Origin: an uncultured Candidatus Saccharibacteria bacterium
GTDB taxonomy: Bacteria; Patescibacteriota; Minisyncoccia; Phycocordibacterales; DATDWN01
Direction of reading: 5' to 3'
NCBI GenBank assembly: GCA_964468795.1
Contig: CAYXWL010000014.1
Coordinates: 22,376 to 86,375 of the forward strand
Length of the DNA stretch: 64,000 bases
The position numbers were made by a program, and so were the translations under genes. This document shows, piece after piece, positions 1 through 9,519 of this stretch (position 1 is the stretch's first letter; each line of letters begins with the position of its first letter). A model generated the notes under the pieces. The model did not search any database. It was not told where the DNA came from and was given only the letters and a program-made list of their open reading frames with translations.

Positions 1-109
1 AAACTTCTCCAGCCTCATTTCCCAGCCCTAATGCAGGATAAATCACTTTGTATTTTTGATCGTACAATGCTGTTATAAGCGCTTTTTCTTGGTATTCGTT
101 CAAATTCAT
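1..109 (-). CDS. MazG-like nucleoside triphosphate pyrophosphohydrolase (5' part, runs off window)
   Basis: Hand translation from ATG at 109: MNLNEYQEKALITALYDQKYKVIYPALGLGNEAGEV, matching the 'YQ..A..TA.Y...YPALGL..EAGEV' N-terminus of all-alpha NTP-PPases. Not in the ORF track. Confidence 0.8.
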   Translation of the reverse strand, partial: MNLNEYQEKALITALYDQKYKVIYPALGLGNEAGEV

Positions 110-189
110 AGAATAAATGTTATCTTTCAATGATACCATTGACATTCTTCTTTTTAAAGACGAAGGCCGGCCCTTTCGAGCCGACCGTA

Positions 190-852
190 TTACAGAACAT
201 TATGAGCCCTGAGCTCTCGGATTACCTCCTCGTGAATTTCTTCGCGAGAACGCATGAGACCACGATGGTCCGTGCACCGGATATGGATCCAATGCTCCGG
301 GTTACGTGCGATGAGCCACTGAGCAGACTTGTGCGAATTCTCGATGTATCGCGGATTGTTCTCCACAATATCTCGTGTCTTCGAATCCATGTTACGATGC
401 GAGACTGCCGGCGGAACATCAAGGTAAACCGAAATGTCAGGCCGAGGGATCTTGTACTCGCCGTACTCGAGCTGCTCGAGCCATGCCAAAAACTCGATCC
501 TCTTTTCCTCATTCTCGATCTTACCGCCCTGATGGATCTGGTTCGAGCTCGCATAGCGATCGCACAGGACATACACTCCGTTCTCAAGCTCGCGCTCAAT
601 CTGTGCCTTCGACGCCCATCTGTCTGCGGCGTACAACGGCGCAGCCAAATGCGGGTCGAGCTCGACGAAGTTGCCGTAGTCGCCTCGAAGCGCCCTTCTC
701 AGCTCCCTGCCGAAGAATGTGTCTTCATAGCGCGGGAAACTGATTCGCACGACAGGCCGACAGTCTTCGACCAGGTACTTGCGCAAAAGATCGGTTTGAG
801 TTTGCTTTCCTGATCCGTCATTGCCGTCGATCACGATCATCTTTCCCCGCAT
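190..852 (-). CDS. tmk: Thymidylate kinase
   Basis: IVIDGNDGSGKQTQ P-loop, FPRY, LYAADRW, LCDRY motifs. Start chosen at ATG 852, with GGAGG upstream. Confidence 0.92.
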   Translation of the reverse strand: MRGKMIVIDGNDGSGKQTQTDLLRKYLVEDCRPVVRISFPRYEDTFFGRELRRALRGDYGNFVELDPHLAAPLYAADRWASKAQIERELENGVYVLCDRYASSNQIHQGGKIENEEKRIEFLAWLEQLEYGEYKIPRPDISVYLDVPPAVSHRNMDSKTRDIVENNPRYIENSHKSAQWLIARNPEHWIHIRCTDHRGLMRSREEIHEEVIRELRAHNVL

Positions 853-974
853 GGAACCTCCTAACAAATAGACTATATAAATACACATCTTTAATCAAAT
901 TGACAAAGGTTAGAAATCTAGTAGAAATAGGTACTAGATGCAGCAATTCCGCTGCCCTATTGGAGTTCCTTTAC

Positions 975-2288
975 ATGACGATTTTAAGCAAAGCTGCTTC
1001 TGAGATCATCGTCTTCGACGATGTGAAGCCGGAAGCTAACGCCATGATGCTCGCGCTCTATTCACGCAGCCCCCAATCGGTGAACGTTCACCGGGAACGC
1101 GTCGCCAAGGTCGGCGCCGACAAGTTCATGGACCAGTACTACGTGGGCTACGGCCATCAGTCGATCGGCGACTGCGGCACGACCAACATCTGCTTCGAGA
1201 ACGTCTCAATGCTCGCGGCCAAGGCGGTTCAGAACAATCGCCTGTACAACGGTCAGGAAGCATCGACGCGCTACCTCGACATGGCCTCGCAAGCAGTTCT
1301 CAACCCGCTCGGCACTCATCAAGGAGCCGCTATCCAGGAAGAATGGATGCGGCTCTACCGCAGTGCTCTCGATGCACTCGTCCCCTTCCTCAAGGAGAAG
1401 TACACGATGAAGGAAGATGAGAAGCCGAAGGAGTATGAGAAAGCGATCAGCGCACGCGCCTTCGATATCGCGCGCGCATTCCTGCCTGCCGGCTGCACGA
1501 CGTACGTCGGCTGGCACTCGACGCTTCGGCAAGCATGGGATCATGTTCACGACATGCTCTTCCATCCACTCGAAGAAGTTCGAAGTCTCGCTGAGAAGGC
1601 ACTTGCCGAGCTGCGCGAGAAGTATCCGAACAGCTTCGGATTTGAGAGAAAGAAGGAGGTGGACCAGTACTACAGGACCGCTTCTTCTGTTCTCTACTAT
1701 TCTACGGAAGTAATCCTGAAGGATTTCTCAGTTAGCACTGCCAACTTCAGTAAACACACGATCAGTGAGCAAGAACAGCGGTTCCTCACTTATCGTCCTC
1801 GCAAGGCGGAAGTCCCTTCCTTCTTCGAGAAATTCGGAACAATCAAATTCAGATTCTACCTCGACTTCGGATCGTTCCGCGACATCCAGCGTCACAGGAG
1901 CTGTTATCAGACGATGCCGCTCCTCACCACAAGGCTTGGGTTCCACCCATGGTACCTGGAGTCACTTCCGGACAGCTTCCGACGTGAAGCAGAGCGAACG
2001 ATCGCAAAGCAGGGGGATGCGATCTCTTCGATTCAGGACCTGGCTGTCGCCCAGTACTACACCGCCATGGGATTCCAGGTTGCCTGCGAGCTCGTTGCCA
2101 GCCTGCCATCGGCAATCTACATCGCCGAACTTCGTTCAACACCGGCCGTCCATCCAACCCTTCGTCCGATCGCTCAGAAAATGGGTGCGGCGCTCAAGGA
2201 GCTCCTCCCGTACATGGCGCTTTACGTCAACAACTCGCCGGACGAGTGGTCAACGATCCGCGGCAAGCACGATATCGTCCAAAAGTAA
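975..2288 (+). CDS. thyX: FAD-dependent thymidylate synthase (long two-domain ThyX type)
   Basis: GYGHQSIGD, QEASTRY, ARAFLPAG and RDIQRHRS motifs. ATG at 975 has GGAG upstream, and TTGACA lies at 900. Confidence 0.88.
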   Translation: MTILSKAASEIIVFDDVKPEANAMMLALYSRSPQSVNVHRERVAKVGADKFMDQYYVGYGHQSIGDCGTTNICFENVSMLAAKAVQNNRLYNGQEASTRYLDMASQAVLNPLGTHQGAAIQEEWMRLYRSALDALVPFLKEKYTMKEDEKPKEYEKAISARAFDIARAFLPAGCTTYVGWHSTLRQAWDHVHDMLFHPLEEVRSLAEKALAELREKYPNSFGFERKKEVDQYYRTASSVLYYSTEVILKDFSVSTANFSKHTISEQEQRFLTYRPRKAEVPSFFEKFGTIKFRFYLDFGSFRDIQRHRSCYQTMPLLTTRLGFHPWYLESLPDSFRREAERTIAKQGDAISSIQDLAVAQYYTAMGFQVACELVASLPSAIYIAELRSTPAVHPTLRPIAQKMGAALKELLPYMALYVNNSPDEWSTIRGKHDIVQK

Positions 2289-2294
2289 GAAATA

Positions 2295-2325
2295 ATCCCC
2301 CGAGAGCCATTGGCTCTCGGGGGAT
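2295..2325. terminator. Bidirectional hairpin between convergent thyX and dcd
   Basis: Perfect inverted repeat atcccccgagagcca/tggctctcgggggat. Confidence 0.7.
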
Positions 2326-2343
2326 GTGTGTTTGTCTAAAAAA

Positions 2344-3465
2344 CTACTTCCACTCAGCGAACTGCTTGCCGAGCTTCGGGCCGTTCTGAGTTCCGTACGT
2401 CGGACTCATCTGGTCGTAATGCTGTTCAGGGATCCGCAACATCTTCTCATAGCGAATCTTGGCGATTGGCTGCCCATCTTGGATGATGATGCCATTGTCG
2501 AATGACCTCACCTCGAGAGTAAGCGGCCTCCCATTGCCTGATCCGTCAACACCGATACCCCAACCCGGGTCGATGAAGCCGGCGTAGTGCGAGCGCAAAT
2601 CTCCGCTTCGCTCATCCATCGGCCTCATCTCGCATGCAAGGCTCTCAGGTACTCTTACATACTCTCTGCTCGAGAGAATGTAGAAGTTGCCAGAGCGCAG
2701 CGTTACAGACGACTTGCCACACACCTTGCTGACTGTCACCTCGCGAAAGAAATTCCGCGGGTCATAGTGTGCTTTGAGAGAAAGGTCAATCGCCTCGCCC
2801 GTCTCGATCGCCTCGTACCCAGGAACTTCGAAGTTGAGTCCGAGCGAGAGAAGGATTGATCCGTCGCCGTCGGTGTGAGTGATGTCGGAATAGATAAACC
2901 CCTTGCCTTTCTCGTCAGCAAGAAGACCACCACCCGACTCGAACATCATCGAGAGCTGGAGCTCATCGAACCTCGTGTCTCCATTGAAGAACCGAAGTTG
3001 ATTGAGCGCGAGTCCTGGCGACACCAAGACCGGAAAGGTCTTGGGCACCACAAGGAGCCACAACGGCCCCTGATACTTCTCGTTGATCGCGTCATACCTC
3101 GACGAACGATCCACAAGAAGCCGCACATGCATGTCCACTCGACCACTCGATGATTTCGGATTGGCGAATGCGTATGTGTGCGCCGGAAAGCGGGCAATGC
3201 GTTCTGCAAGTCGGATGCAATAACAGCACCCTTTCTCGAGAAGCACTTTCGCTCCCGTGAGTCTGATGCCGCCCACGCGCCTCATGGCTGCCGCGACTGT
3301 CTCATCGCAACCCGGCAAGAAAGCGCCGTTTACACGATACACTTCGTCAGTGATCGCAAGGTCGAGCGAGCCAGGCCGAACGTTGCGAGGATCAGCCTCG
3401 ACAATGAGGCTCTCCCGTAACAACTCGTGAATGGTCTCGCTTGGTAGGGCTCCGATTTTTCCCAT
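2344..3465 (-). CDS. dcd: 2'-deoxycytidine 5'-triphosphate deaminase (long two-domain type)
   Basis: PGSLDL, NPKSSSGRVD, HYAGFIDPGWG and LTLEVR motifs. Start MGKIGALPS at 3465 with GGAG upstream. Confidence 0.88.
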   Translation of the reverse strand: MGKIGALPSETIHELLRESLIVEADPRNVRPGSLDLAITDEVYRVNGAFLPGCDETVAAAMRRVGGIRLTGAKVLLEKGCCYCIRLAERIARFPAHTYAFANPKSSSGRVDMHVRLLVDRSSRYDAINEKYQGPLWLLVVPKTFPVLVSPGLALNQLRFFNGDTRFDELQLSMMFESGGGLLADEKGKGFIYSDITHTDGDGSILLSLGLNFEVPGYEAIETGEAIDLSLKAHYDPRNFFREVTVSKVCGKSSVTLRSGNFYILSSREYVRVPESLACEMRPMDERSGDLRSHYAGFIDPGWGIGVDGSGNGRPLTLEVRSFDNGIIIQDGQPIAKIRYEKMLRIPEQHYDQMSPTYGTQNGPKLGKQFAEWK

Positions 3466-3519
3466 TATGTTGTCTCCAAAAAAGAAGATTGTTCTGAGCA
3501 CAAGACTAACACACCCTCC

Positions 3520-3559
3520 AAAATTAAAAAAGACCTCTTTCGAGGTCTTTTTTAATTTG
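3520..3559 (-). terminator. Intrinsic terminator after rplK
   Basis: aaattaaaaaagacctc-tttc-gaggtcttttttaattt. Confidence 0.8.
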
Positions 3560-3562
3560 TAG

Positions 3563-3988
3563 TTATCCCTTGATTTCAACTCCCATGCTTCGTGCAGATC
3601 CTGCAATGATCTTCATTGCTGCATCGATGTCGTTAGCGTTGAGATCTGGCATTTTCTTTTCTGCGATCTCCTTGAGCTGGGCCTTTGTGATAGAGCCAAT
3701 CTTTGAGACTGCATTCTTTCCTGATCCCTTCTCCTTACCCATAGCCTTTAGAATAAGTGCTGATGCTGGAGGAGTCTTTAGGATAAATGTGAATGTTCGG
3801 TCCTCGTATACTGAGATTTCAACTGGAACAACATCCCCCATCATCTTTGCTGTAGCATCGTTGAACTGCTTTACGAATTCACCGATGTTAACGCCAGCCT
3901 GTCCGAGGGCAGGTCCAATAGGAGGGGCGGGGTTAGCCTTTCCTGCCTGGATGACGAGTTTTAGCTTTTTTGTAATTTTCTTTGCCAT
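3563..3988 (-). CDS. rplK: 50S ribosomal protein L11
   Basis: [23 protein letters not shown]...KMPDLNA...IAGSARSMG. Confidence 0.98.
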   Translation of the reverse strand: MAKKITKKLKLVIQAGKANPAPPIGPALGQAGVNIGEFVKQFNDATAKMMGDVVPVEISVYEDRTFTFILKTPPASALILKAMGKEKGSGKNAVSKIGSITKAQLKEIAEKKMPDLNANDIDAAMKIIAGSARSMGVEIKG

Positions 3989-4037
3989 GTTTTTAGCTCC
4001 ACTACTTTATTATAAAAACCTATAAAATGCAAGGGTC

Positions 4038-4165
4038 TAGAAACTTTCATAATTTGGATGAAATCCGAGGCGGACGAGGAAAATGTTTCGAGCCTTATTT
4101 GAAATAAGGTGAGAAATATTTTACCGAAGTCCAACAAAGGAGTTCGCCAAATTTGGAAGTTTATA
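4038..4165 (+). repeat. ERIC-like ~125-nt palindromic element, copy A
   Basis: TA-bounded imperfect terminal inverted repeats with central gagccttat..ataaggtg hairpin. Homologous to 49468-49591 and 52211-52335 (reverse complement). Confidence 0.8.
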
Positions 4166-4706
4166 TCTTTTTTACCTGAAGGAAATCTAGCTCTACCGGC
4201 GTTTCTCGGCCAAACATAGCCACCAAAACCTTAACCTTTCCTCTCTCTTCATCAACTTCAGAGACCTTGCCTTCTAGATCCTTGAATGGACCGTCGACTA
4301 TCTTGATAGCATCGTTAAGCTGAAGATCTATTTTGTGCTTAACCTCGTGAGCATTCATTCTTGAGAACAGCTCATCAATCTCTTTCTTTGCGATGGGTAC
4401 AGGATAAACTCCAGAACCTACGAATCCTGTTACTCGAGGAGTATTTCTAACCACATACCACGAATCCTCTGTTACGATCATGTCTACCAAGATGTATCCA
4501 GGGTAGATCTTCTCCTCCTCCTCTACTCTCTTTCCGCCTTTTATCTTGATCTTCTTTTCGGTAGGAACGATTACGTTAAAAATCTTATCTTCCATTCCCA
4601 AAGACTCGATTCTCTGCTTGAGATTTCGCATCACTGCGTTCTCGTATCCAGCGTATGTATGGATAACGTACCAATTACGACCTGTATCTAAGTGTTGTTT
4701 TGACAT
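4161..4706 (-). CDS. nusG: Transcription termination/antitermination factor NusG
   Basis: WYVIHTYAGYE, YPGYILVDM, VRNTPRVTGF and KOW GPF...MFGRETPVEL. Confidence 0.98.
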   Translation of the reverse strand: MSKQHLDTGRNWYVIHTYAGYENAVMRNLKQRIESLGMEDKIFNVIVPTEKKIKIKGGKRVEEEEKIYPGYILVDMIVTEDSWYVVRNTPRVTGFVGSGVYPVPIAKKEIDELFSRMNAHEVKHKIDLQLNDAIKIVDGPFKDLEGKVSEVDEERGKVKVLVAMFGRETPVELDFLQVKKI

Positions 4707-4710
4707 GAGC

Positions 4711-4890
4711 TTATATTACAAATTTACCAATAAATAGCTTCAATAGAAAATCAAAGAAACCAAGATAGAAAGCTACGAACACTGAAACTAGAACAACAAC
4801 TACTGTAAAAGCAATAGCCTGTGCCCTAGAAGGCCAGCTTACGTGGTTCAGCTCAGACTGTGTTTCCTTTAAGTATGATATTAAGCTCAT
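4711..4890 (-). CDS. secE: Preprotein translocase subunit SecE
   Basis: Hand translation MSLISYLKETQSELNHVSWPSRAQAIAFTVVVVLVSVFVAFYLGFFDFLLKLFIGKFVI (59 aa), with EL..V.WP motif and one TM helix, upstream of nusG. Below the ORF-track cutoff. Confidence 0.95.
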   Translation of the reverse strand: MSLISYLKETQSELNHVSWPSRAQAIAFTVVVVLVSVFVAFYLGFFDFLLKLFIGKFVI

Positions 4891-4971
4891 TTTATTGTAG
4901 TTATCTTTACTAAAAAACCCCTTCCCGGGGAATCGATTACAATAATACTCTTATTTACAAAATATGTCAAT

Positions 4972-6453
4972 CTATTTTGCACAACCATTTGCGCAACTAG
5001 TTAATGTAGCCGGAGGAGTTATATCAATAACATCCCCTTCCTGAAGTCCGGAAAGGATCTCTACATATCCATCACCGCTTTTAAGGCCAAGGCTTACTGG
5101 CGATAGCACGAATTTATCTCCAACTTTCTTCAAAACAGAAGAATTTTCTTTAGTATCAACTATTGAAAAAAGTGGAATAGAAATAACCTTGGATTTCTTA
5201 TCAGTTACAATGGTCAAGCGCGCTGTAAGACCGCTTTTCAACTCCGAATAGACTTTTTCGAATGCAATGCTGACTTTATAATTTACAACTCCGTCAATCA
5301 GAACTTCGCTAGGCTCTATATATGTTACCGTACCAGCATATTCATTGTCTGGAAACGCATCGAAAGAAATGCTGACTGGATCGCCGATTTTAACCTTTGC
5401 AATATTAATCTCTGAAACATATCCTTCTATTTCCATATTGCTATCGGATATCACCGTAACCAGTGTACGTCCTGGATTTACAATCTGCCCGACTTTTGCG
5501 TCCTGCGTTGTAACAAGCCCAGTTTGTGGCGATTTCAAAACCATTTTATTCATCTCTGAATAAATAGATTGCAATTGACCTTGATCTTGCACCACCCGAG
5601 CAACCTGGGCTTTTATAACTTCCGGAGTATTTCCGCTTTTTACCAAAATAAGTTTCTTCTTTGCCAGAGCTAGACTGGACCTTGCATCAGTAAGAGAAGA
5701 CTTGGCTGATATCAAAGTTGATCGTGCTGAGGATAAAGAGCTTCTATAAGTTGCCAAAGTTGTCTCTGGATAATTTGCACTTGGAGTCTGACTATTAACC
5801 GCTTTTGCAATTTTTTCAATGAAAGACGTAACTTGTTGCAAGCTATCATCTATCCTATCTTTGCTCCACTGTGAAAGTAGTAACTCGATATGCACCCTGT
5901 CTGTTCCGAGAGAATCTTTTAACTGACTATCTGCTAGAGGCAGGTTGAACTGAGGTGTGCTTGTATGTGGATTGCTGTATAAGTTATCAACCGTATTGCT
6001 GATTATATCCCTCACCTTGTCCTCCAAACTTTTTTCTGCATCTGAAAGTGCGCTCTCGGCATTACTTAATTCTGTTTCACTGACTGAAACCTGCTCAAAT
6101 GTAGCCCCTTTTCTCAAATTCTCTAAAATAGCCTGATCGGCCGCAACTATAGCTTTAGCTCTCATGACTTCTGCTTTCAATTCACTATCATCCAGATAAA
6201 CCAAAACATCACCTTTTTCAACATGACTGCCGACTTTCACAGAAGTGCTTGCAACCTTTCCACTAACTTCAAAACCCAAATTGACTGATGTTGCAGCTTT
6301 TGTCTTGCCGTTCACTATTACCCTCTGCACTATATCCCCAACCACAATCTTGTATTCAGTATGCTTTTCCTCTTTTGCAGTAATTTTTTTATAGCCGAAA
6401 AAGGCCCCAAAAATAAGTATTGTGAAAAAGATTAGATAAAGAACTTTTTTCAT
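4972..6453 (-). CDS. HlyD/MacA-family periplasmic adaptor (membrane fusion protein)
   Basis: N-terminal TM, lipoyl-like 'V.VG..V.KGD.L..LD', coiled coil, 'EI.SGL..GD.I' C-terminus; in an ABC operon. Confidence 0.88.
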   Translation of the reverse strand: MKKVLYLIFFTILIFGAFFGYKKITAKEEKHTEYKIVVGDIVQRVIVNGKTKAATSVNLGFEVSGKVASTSVKVGSHVEKGDVLVYLDDSELKAEVMRAKAIVAADQAILENLRKGATFEQVSVSETELSNAESALSDAEKSLEDKVRDIISNTVDNLYSNPHTSTPQFNLPLADSQLKDSLGTDRVHIELLLSQWSKDRIDDSLQQVTSFIEKIAKAVNSQTPSANYPETTLATYRSSLSSARSTLISAKSSLTDARSSLALAKKKLILVKSGNTPEVIKAQVARVVQDQGQLQSIYSEMNKMVLKSPQTGLVTTQDAKVGQIVNPGRTLVTVISDSNMEIEGYVSEINIAKVKIGDPVSISFDAFPDNEYAGTVTYIEPSEVLIDGVVNYKVSIAFEKVYSELKSGLTARLTIVTDKKSKVISIPLFSIVDTKENSSVLKKVGDKFVLSPVSLGLKSGDGYVEILSGLQEGDVIDITPPATLTSCANGCAK

Positions 6454-7283
6454 AATAATTTATTGCGCACAGGAATCAGGGCTGGCAAGTCAGATTGTGA
6501 TCCTGATGTTGATTTAATTATATCAGAAATTATTTTTCCATCCGACAAAGTTATTACCCTATGCGCCATTTCAGCATAATCCTTCTCATGAGTAACCATG
6601 ATGATAGTTTGGCCGGCCCGATTAAGTTCGAGAAAAGTCTGCAAAACAATATGAGACATTTCAGTATCAAGGTTTGCTGTCGGCTCGTCGGCAAAAATAA
6701 TATCAGGATTGTGTGCAATAGCTCTTGCAATAGATATTCTCTGTTGTTGTCCACCAGAAAGCTGGTTTGGAAGAGAATATGCCTTGTCACCCAAACCGAC
6801 TTTGACCAAAGCTGATTGAGCAGCTTTCAAAGCTTCGCTTTTAGGTTCGCCGAGCATTAGCAAAGGAAGCATTATGTTATCAATCGCGCACAAATCTGGG
6901 ACCAACGCATAATCCTGAAATATATAGCCAAACTTATTTAACCGAAATGCCGTTCTTTTGCTACATATTTCAGTTAAATAAGTTTGGCTAAATATTTCAG
7001 GATTATGCAATATATAGCCAAACTTATTTAACCGAAATGCCGTTCTTTTGCTACTGCTTAAATGCGAAACATTTATATTATCAATGATAATCTCTCCACT
7101 ATCAGGTTCATCAAGCAAGCTTAGCTGATAAAGCAGTGTAGATTTTCCAGAACCTGATTTACCAGTAATAGACATGAATTGCCCCCGTGGCAATGATAGG
7201 TTTAAATTATTTAACACCACCAATCTCCCCGCTCCGGATAAATAAGACTTGGTCAGATTTTTTACGTCAATTATATATTCCAT
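6450..7283 (-). CDS. ABC transporter ATP-binding protein (LolD/MacB-like) with an internal 30-aa insertion
   Basis: [32 protein letters not shown]; [14 protein letters not shown] occurs twice. Confidence 0.92.
   Translation of the reverse strand: MEYIIDVKNLTKSYLSGAGRLVVLNNLNLSLPRGQFMSITGKSGSGKSTLLYQLSLLDEPDSGEIIIDNINVSHLSSSKRTAFRLNKFGYILHNPEIFSQTYLTEICSKRTAFRLNKFGYIFQDYALVPDLCAIDNIMLPLLMLGEPKSEALKAAQSALVKVGLGDKAYSLPNQLSGGQQQRISIARAIAHNPDIIFADEPTANLDTEMSHIVLQTFLELNRAGQTIIMVTHEKDYAEMAHRVITLSDGKIISDIIKSTSGSQSDLPALIPVRNKLL
6907..7053. repeat. Forward-inverted-forward triplication inside the ABC ATPase gene
   Basis: 6919-6963 = 7009-7053 (identical 45 nt). 6967-7008 is the reverse complement of 6907-6948 with 2 mismatches. 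Confidence 0.9.
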
Positions 7284-7286
7284 ATT

Positions 7287-8570
7287 TTATTTTCCTAAAA
7301 TGGCTTCGAGAGTATTTTGTTTTACGACCAATCTAGCCGGGATATACCCAGCTATTACCGTGACCACAATAAGCCAACCTGCTCTTAAAAGAGTTCCGCT
7401 ATAAGGAGCCACTACTATTCCGTCGCTAAACGGAAAATTAATCGGATGATTGTTTAGATAAGGTATGATGAAAAAATAAAGCACCAACATACCCAAAGAT
7501 GTTCCGATTACTGCATAAAATAGTGACTGGAGCATATAGGCAATTTCAATCGCTGTTGCATGGATGCCTATGGCCTTTAGTATTGCTATATACTTCCTGC
7601 GAGATATGGCATTTATATAAATAACAATAAATATAGTAATAAAAGCAACAACAATGCTGATTGAGCCCATAAGATCTCCGACATAGCTAAAAGTTGCAGC
7701 TACGTCTTTTACCCACTTTGGCAGAGCCTCATAAGAAGTCTGGATTTTTGCAAATCTTCCTATGCCGGCCTTTTTTAAAGCAAGCTGGACCATTTTTGGA
7801 TCTGTTCCTGGAGCAATTTTTATAGAAATTTCACCTACGTTGTAATCAACCTTTCCCATGAGCTCCCTCATAGTTTTTTGTGTGACATAAACTCGCTGAT
7901 CAACATCCCCCACCTTACTACTTAATACTCCTTTGACTGTCATCTCCTTTGTGTTGTTTCCAATCGTAACCCTAACTTTAGATCCAACATCAACATCAGA
8001 AAGCATGCTGATCCCTGGCAATTGTATAGGAGAATAATTATTGAGCAGGTTCGCACCAATAAGCAGGTAGTCATTGTCATCTTCTGATAAGTAAGTTCCG
8101 CTCACAAGATTTCTACTGAGTTCCGTAGTTAGTTCCTCTTTTCTTGGATTAATTCCGGCAATAGAAATAGTCGTAGAATTCGGCTTGTCGTTATAATTTT
8201 CTCTCTGCTTGTAAGTACCCTCGACTGTGCCTAGATGCACATATCTTGAAGAATACGCAACAGTCCACGGCATATTAGTAATTGTATTTTCAATCTGAGG
8301 CGAATTCTCGATAAAATACTTATTACTTAGATTGGATAAAATTATATCGCTGTGGTATCTCTCCCTGTAAATATCCATTGCGCTATCTGCAAGACCGACC
8401 AAAAAACCCTTAATGACGATAAAATTTATAAATGTCATCATCATTATAAAAATAATGAGAAAAGTTGTTCCCATTCGGCTATGCCTTATTTGCCTGACAA
8501 CTAGAAACCAGCCGATTTTAAATGATAGAAATAAATTTTTTATAGGCATTGCTTTTTTATATTGTATCAT
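7287..8570 (-). CDS. ABC transporter permease (FtsX/MacB/LolC-E family)
   Basis: N-terminal TM, periplasmic domain, 'RRKYIAILKAIG', C-terminal 'GYIPAR...EAI'. Start could be 8549. Confidence 0.88.
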   Translation of the reverse strand: MIQYKKAMPIKNLFLSFKIGWFLVVRQIRHSRMGTTFLIIFIMMMTFINFIVIKGFLVGLADSAMDIYRERYHSDIILSNLSNKYFIENSPQIENTITNMPWTVAYSSRYVHLGTVEGTYKQRENYNDKPNSTTISIAGINPRKEELTTELSRNLVSGTYLSEDDNDYLLIGANLLNNYSPIQLPGISMLSDVDVGSKVRVTIGNNTKEMTVKGVLSSKVGDVDQRVYVTQKTMRELMGKVDYNVGEISIKIAPGTDPKMVQLALKKAGIGRFAKIQTSYEALPKWVKDVAATFSYVGDLMGSISIVVAFITIFIVIYINAISRRKYIAILKAIGIHATAIEIAYMLQSLFYAVIGTSLGMLVLYFFIIPYLNNHPINFPFSDGIVVAPYSGTLLRAGWLIVVTVIAGYIPARLVVKQNTLEAILGK

Positions 8571-8600
8571 TTATTTTATGCATCTAAAGTAGACAGCATT

Positions 8601-8631
8601 AAAAAAACAAACCCTTTCGGGTTTGTTTTTT
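8601..8631 (-). terminator. Intrinsic terminator
   Basis: aaaaaaacaaaccc-tttc-gggtttgtttttt. Confidence 0.75.
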
Positions 8632-8640
8632 AAATATCTT

Positions 8641-9462
8641 TTATTCGATTTCGTACACAATCGTTACGCTTGAAGTGATTTTATTTTCACCTGTTGGCAG
8701 TGAAGGTGCTGCTTTGCTTTGCATTACTGCTGGCTGTGCCATGCCTGCAACATCGTATCCTGCATACATAGGTATAGGCTGATCTCCGTTTTCATAGAAG
8801 TTTACAACTTTCTTTAACTTCACCTTGAGAGACTTCGACAAAGTTGATGCGTTTGCTTTTGCATCTGCAATAGCCTTATCTCGAGCTTGAATTTTAAGCG
8901 CATCTACGTCGTCCACTGTAAAGCTTAGTCCGCTTATATTTGAGACTCCCAATTCTCCGACTTTGATTAGAACATCGCCAGCCTTATCTGTATTTCGGAC
9001 TTTAACAGTGATTGTTTCATCAACTTCGTAGCCAGTTAGAACCTGCTTTCCAGGAGGAGGACAGTAACCACCAGCACAGATAGTACCTTGAGAAGTCTGA
9101 TACTCATACTTTGGATAAGAATTGTATCCAGAAGTTTGAATATCCTTTTCTTCTATACCCAAGGCCTTGAGCGCAGCGAGTACAGAATTTTCTTTTGCTG
9201 CAGCAAGATCCTGAGCGGCTTTTACTGTCTTGCTAGATTCCATAATGCTGAAAGAAAAAGTCGCAATATCTGGCTTTGCCATCACTTCCCCTTTGCCATT
9301 AACTGAAATGACGTTGGAGGGATAAACCCCCTTGCCTATGTATGCTAACTCTTTTATTGCGGAAAGAGATTTTACTCCTAAAAATACAGCAAGAAGAACG
9401 ACAACTGCCATAACTACTCCGTATAATCTTTTTTTTTGTGTACTGTCTAAATATTGATCCAT
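8641..9462 (-). CDS. SIMPL (DUF541) domain protein
   Basis: ISVNGKGEVMAKPDIA, AR.KAIADAKA.A, 'GE..ITSSVTIVYEI'. Confidence 0.9.
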   Translation of the reverse strand: MDQYLDSTQKKRLYGVVMAVVVLLAVFLGVKSLSAIKELAYIGKGVYPSNVISVNGKGEVMAKPDIATFSFSIMESSKTVKAAQDLAAAKENSVLAALKALGIEEKDIQTSGYNSYPKYEYQTSQGTICAGGYCPPPGKQVLTGYEVDETITVKVRNTDKAGDVLIKVGELGVSNISGLSFTVDDVDALKIQARDKAIADAKANASTLSKSLKVKLKKVVNFYENGDQPIPMYAGYDVAGMAQPAVMQSKAAPSLPTGENKITSSVTIVYEIE

Positions 9463-9519
9463 GAACTTTATATTAATAATAATTATGCTATTTATGTAGA
9501 CATAATTATCGCATATTTA

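Noticed and set aside
130-3420. Long opposite-strand and alternative-frame ORFs over tmk, thyX and dcd (e.g. 130..813 +, 1765..2295 +)
   Set aside because: Shadow ORFs expected in GC-rich coding DNA; the overlapping frames carry clear family motifs and these do not.
6907-7053. Mini-CRISPR or insertion sequence in the ABC ATPase gene
   Set aside because: The apparent spacer is an inverted copy of the flanking gene sequence itself, not foreign DNA.
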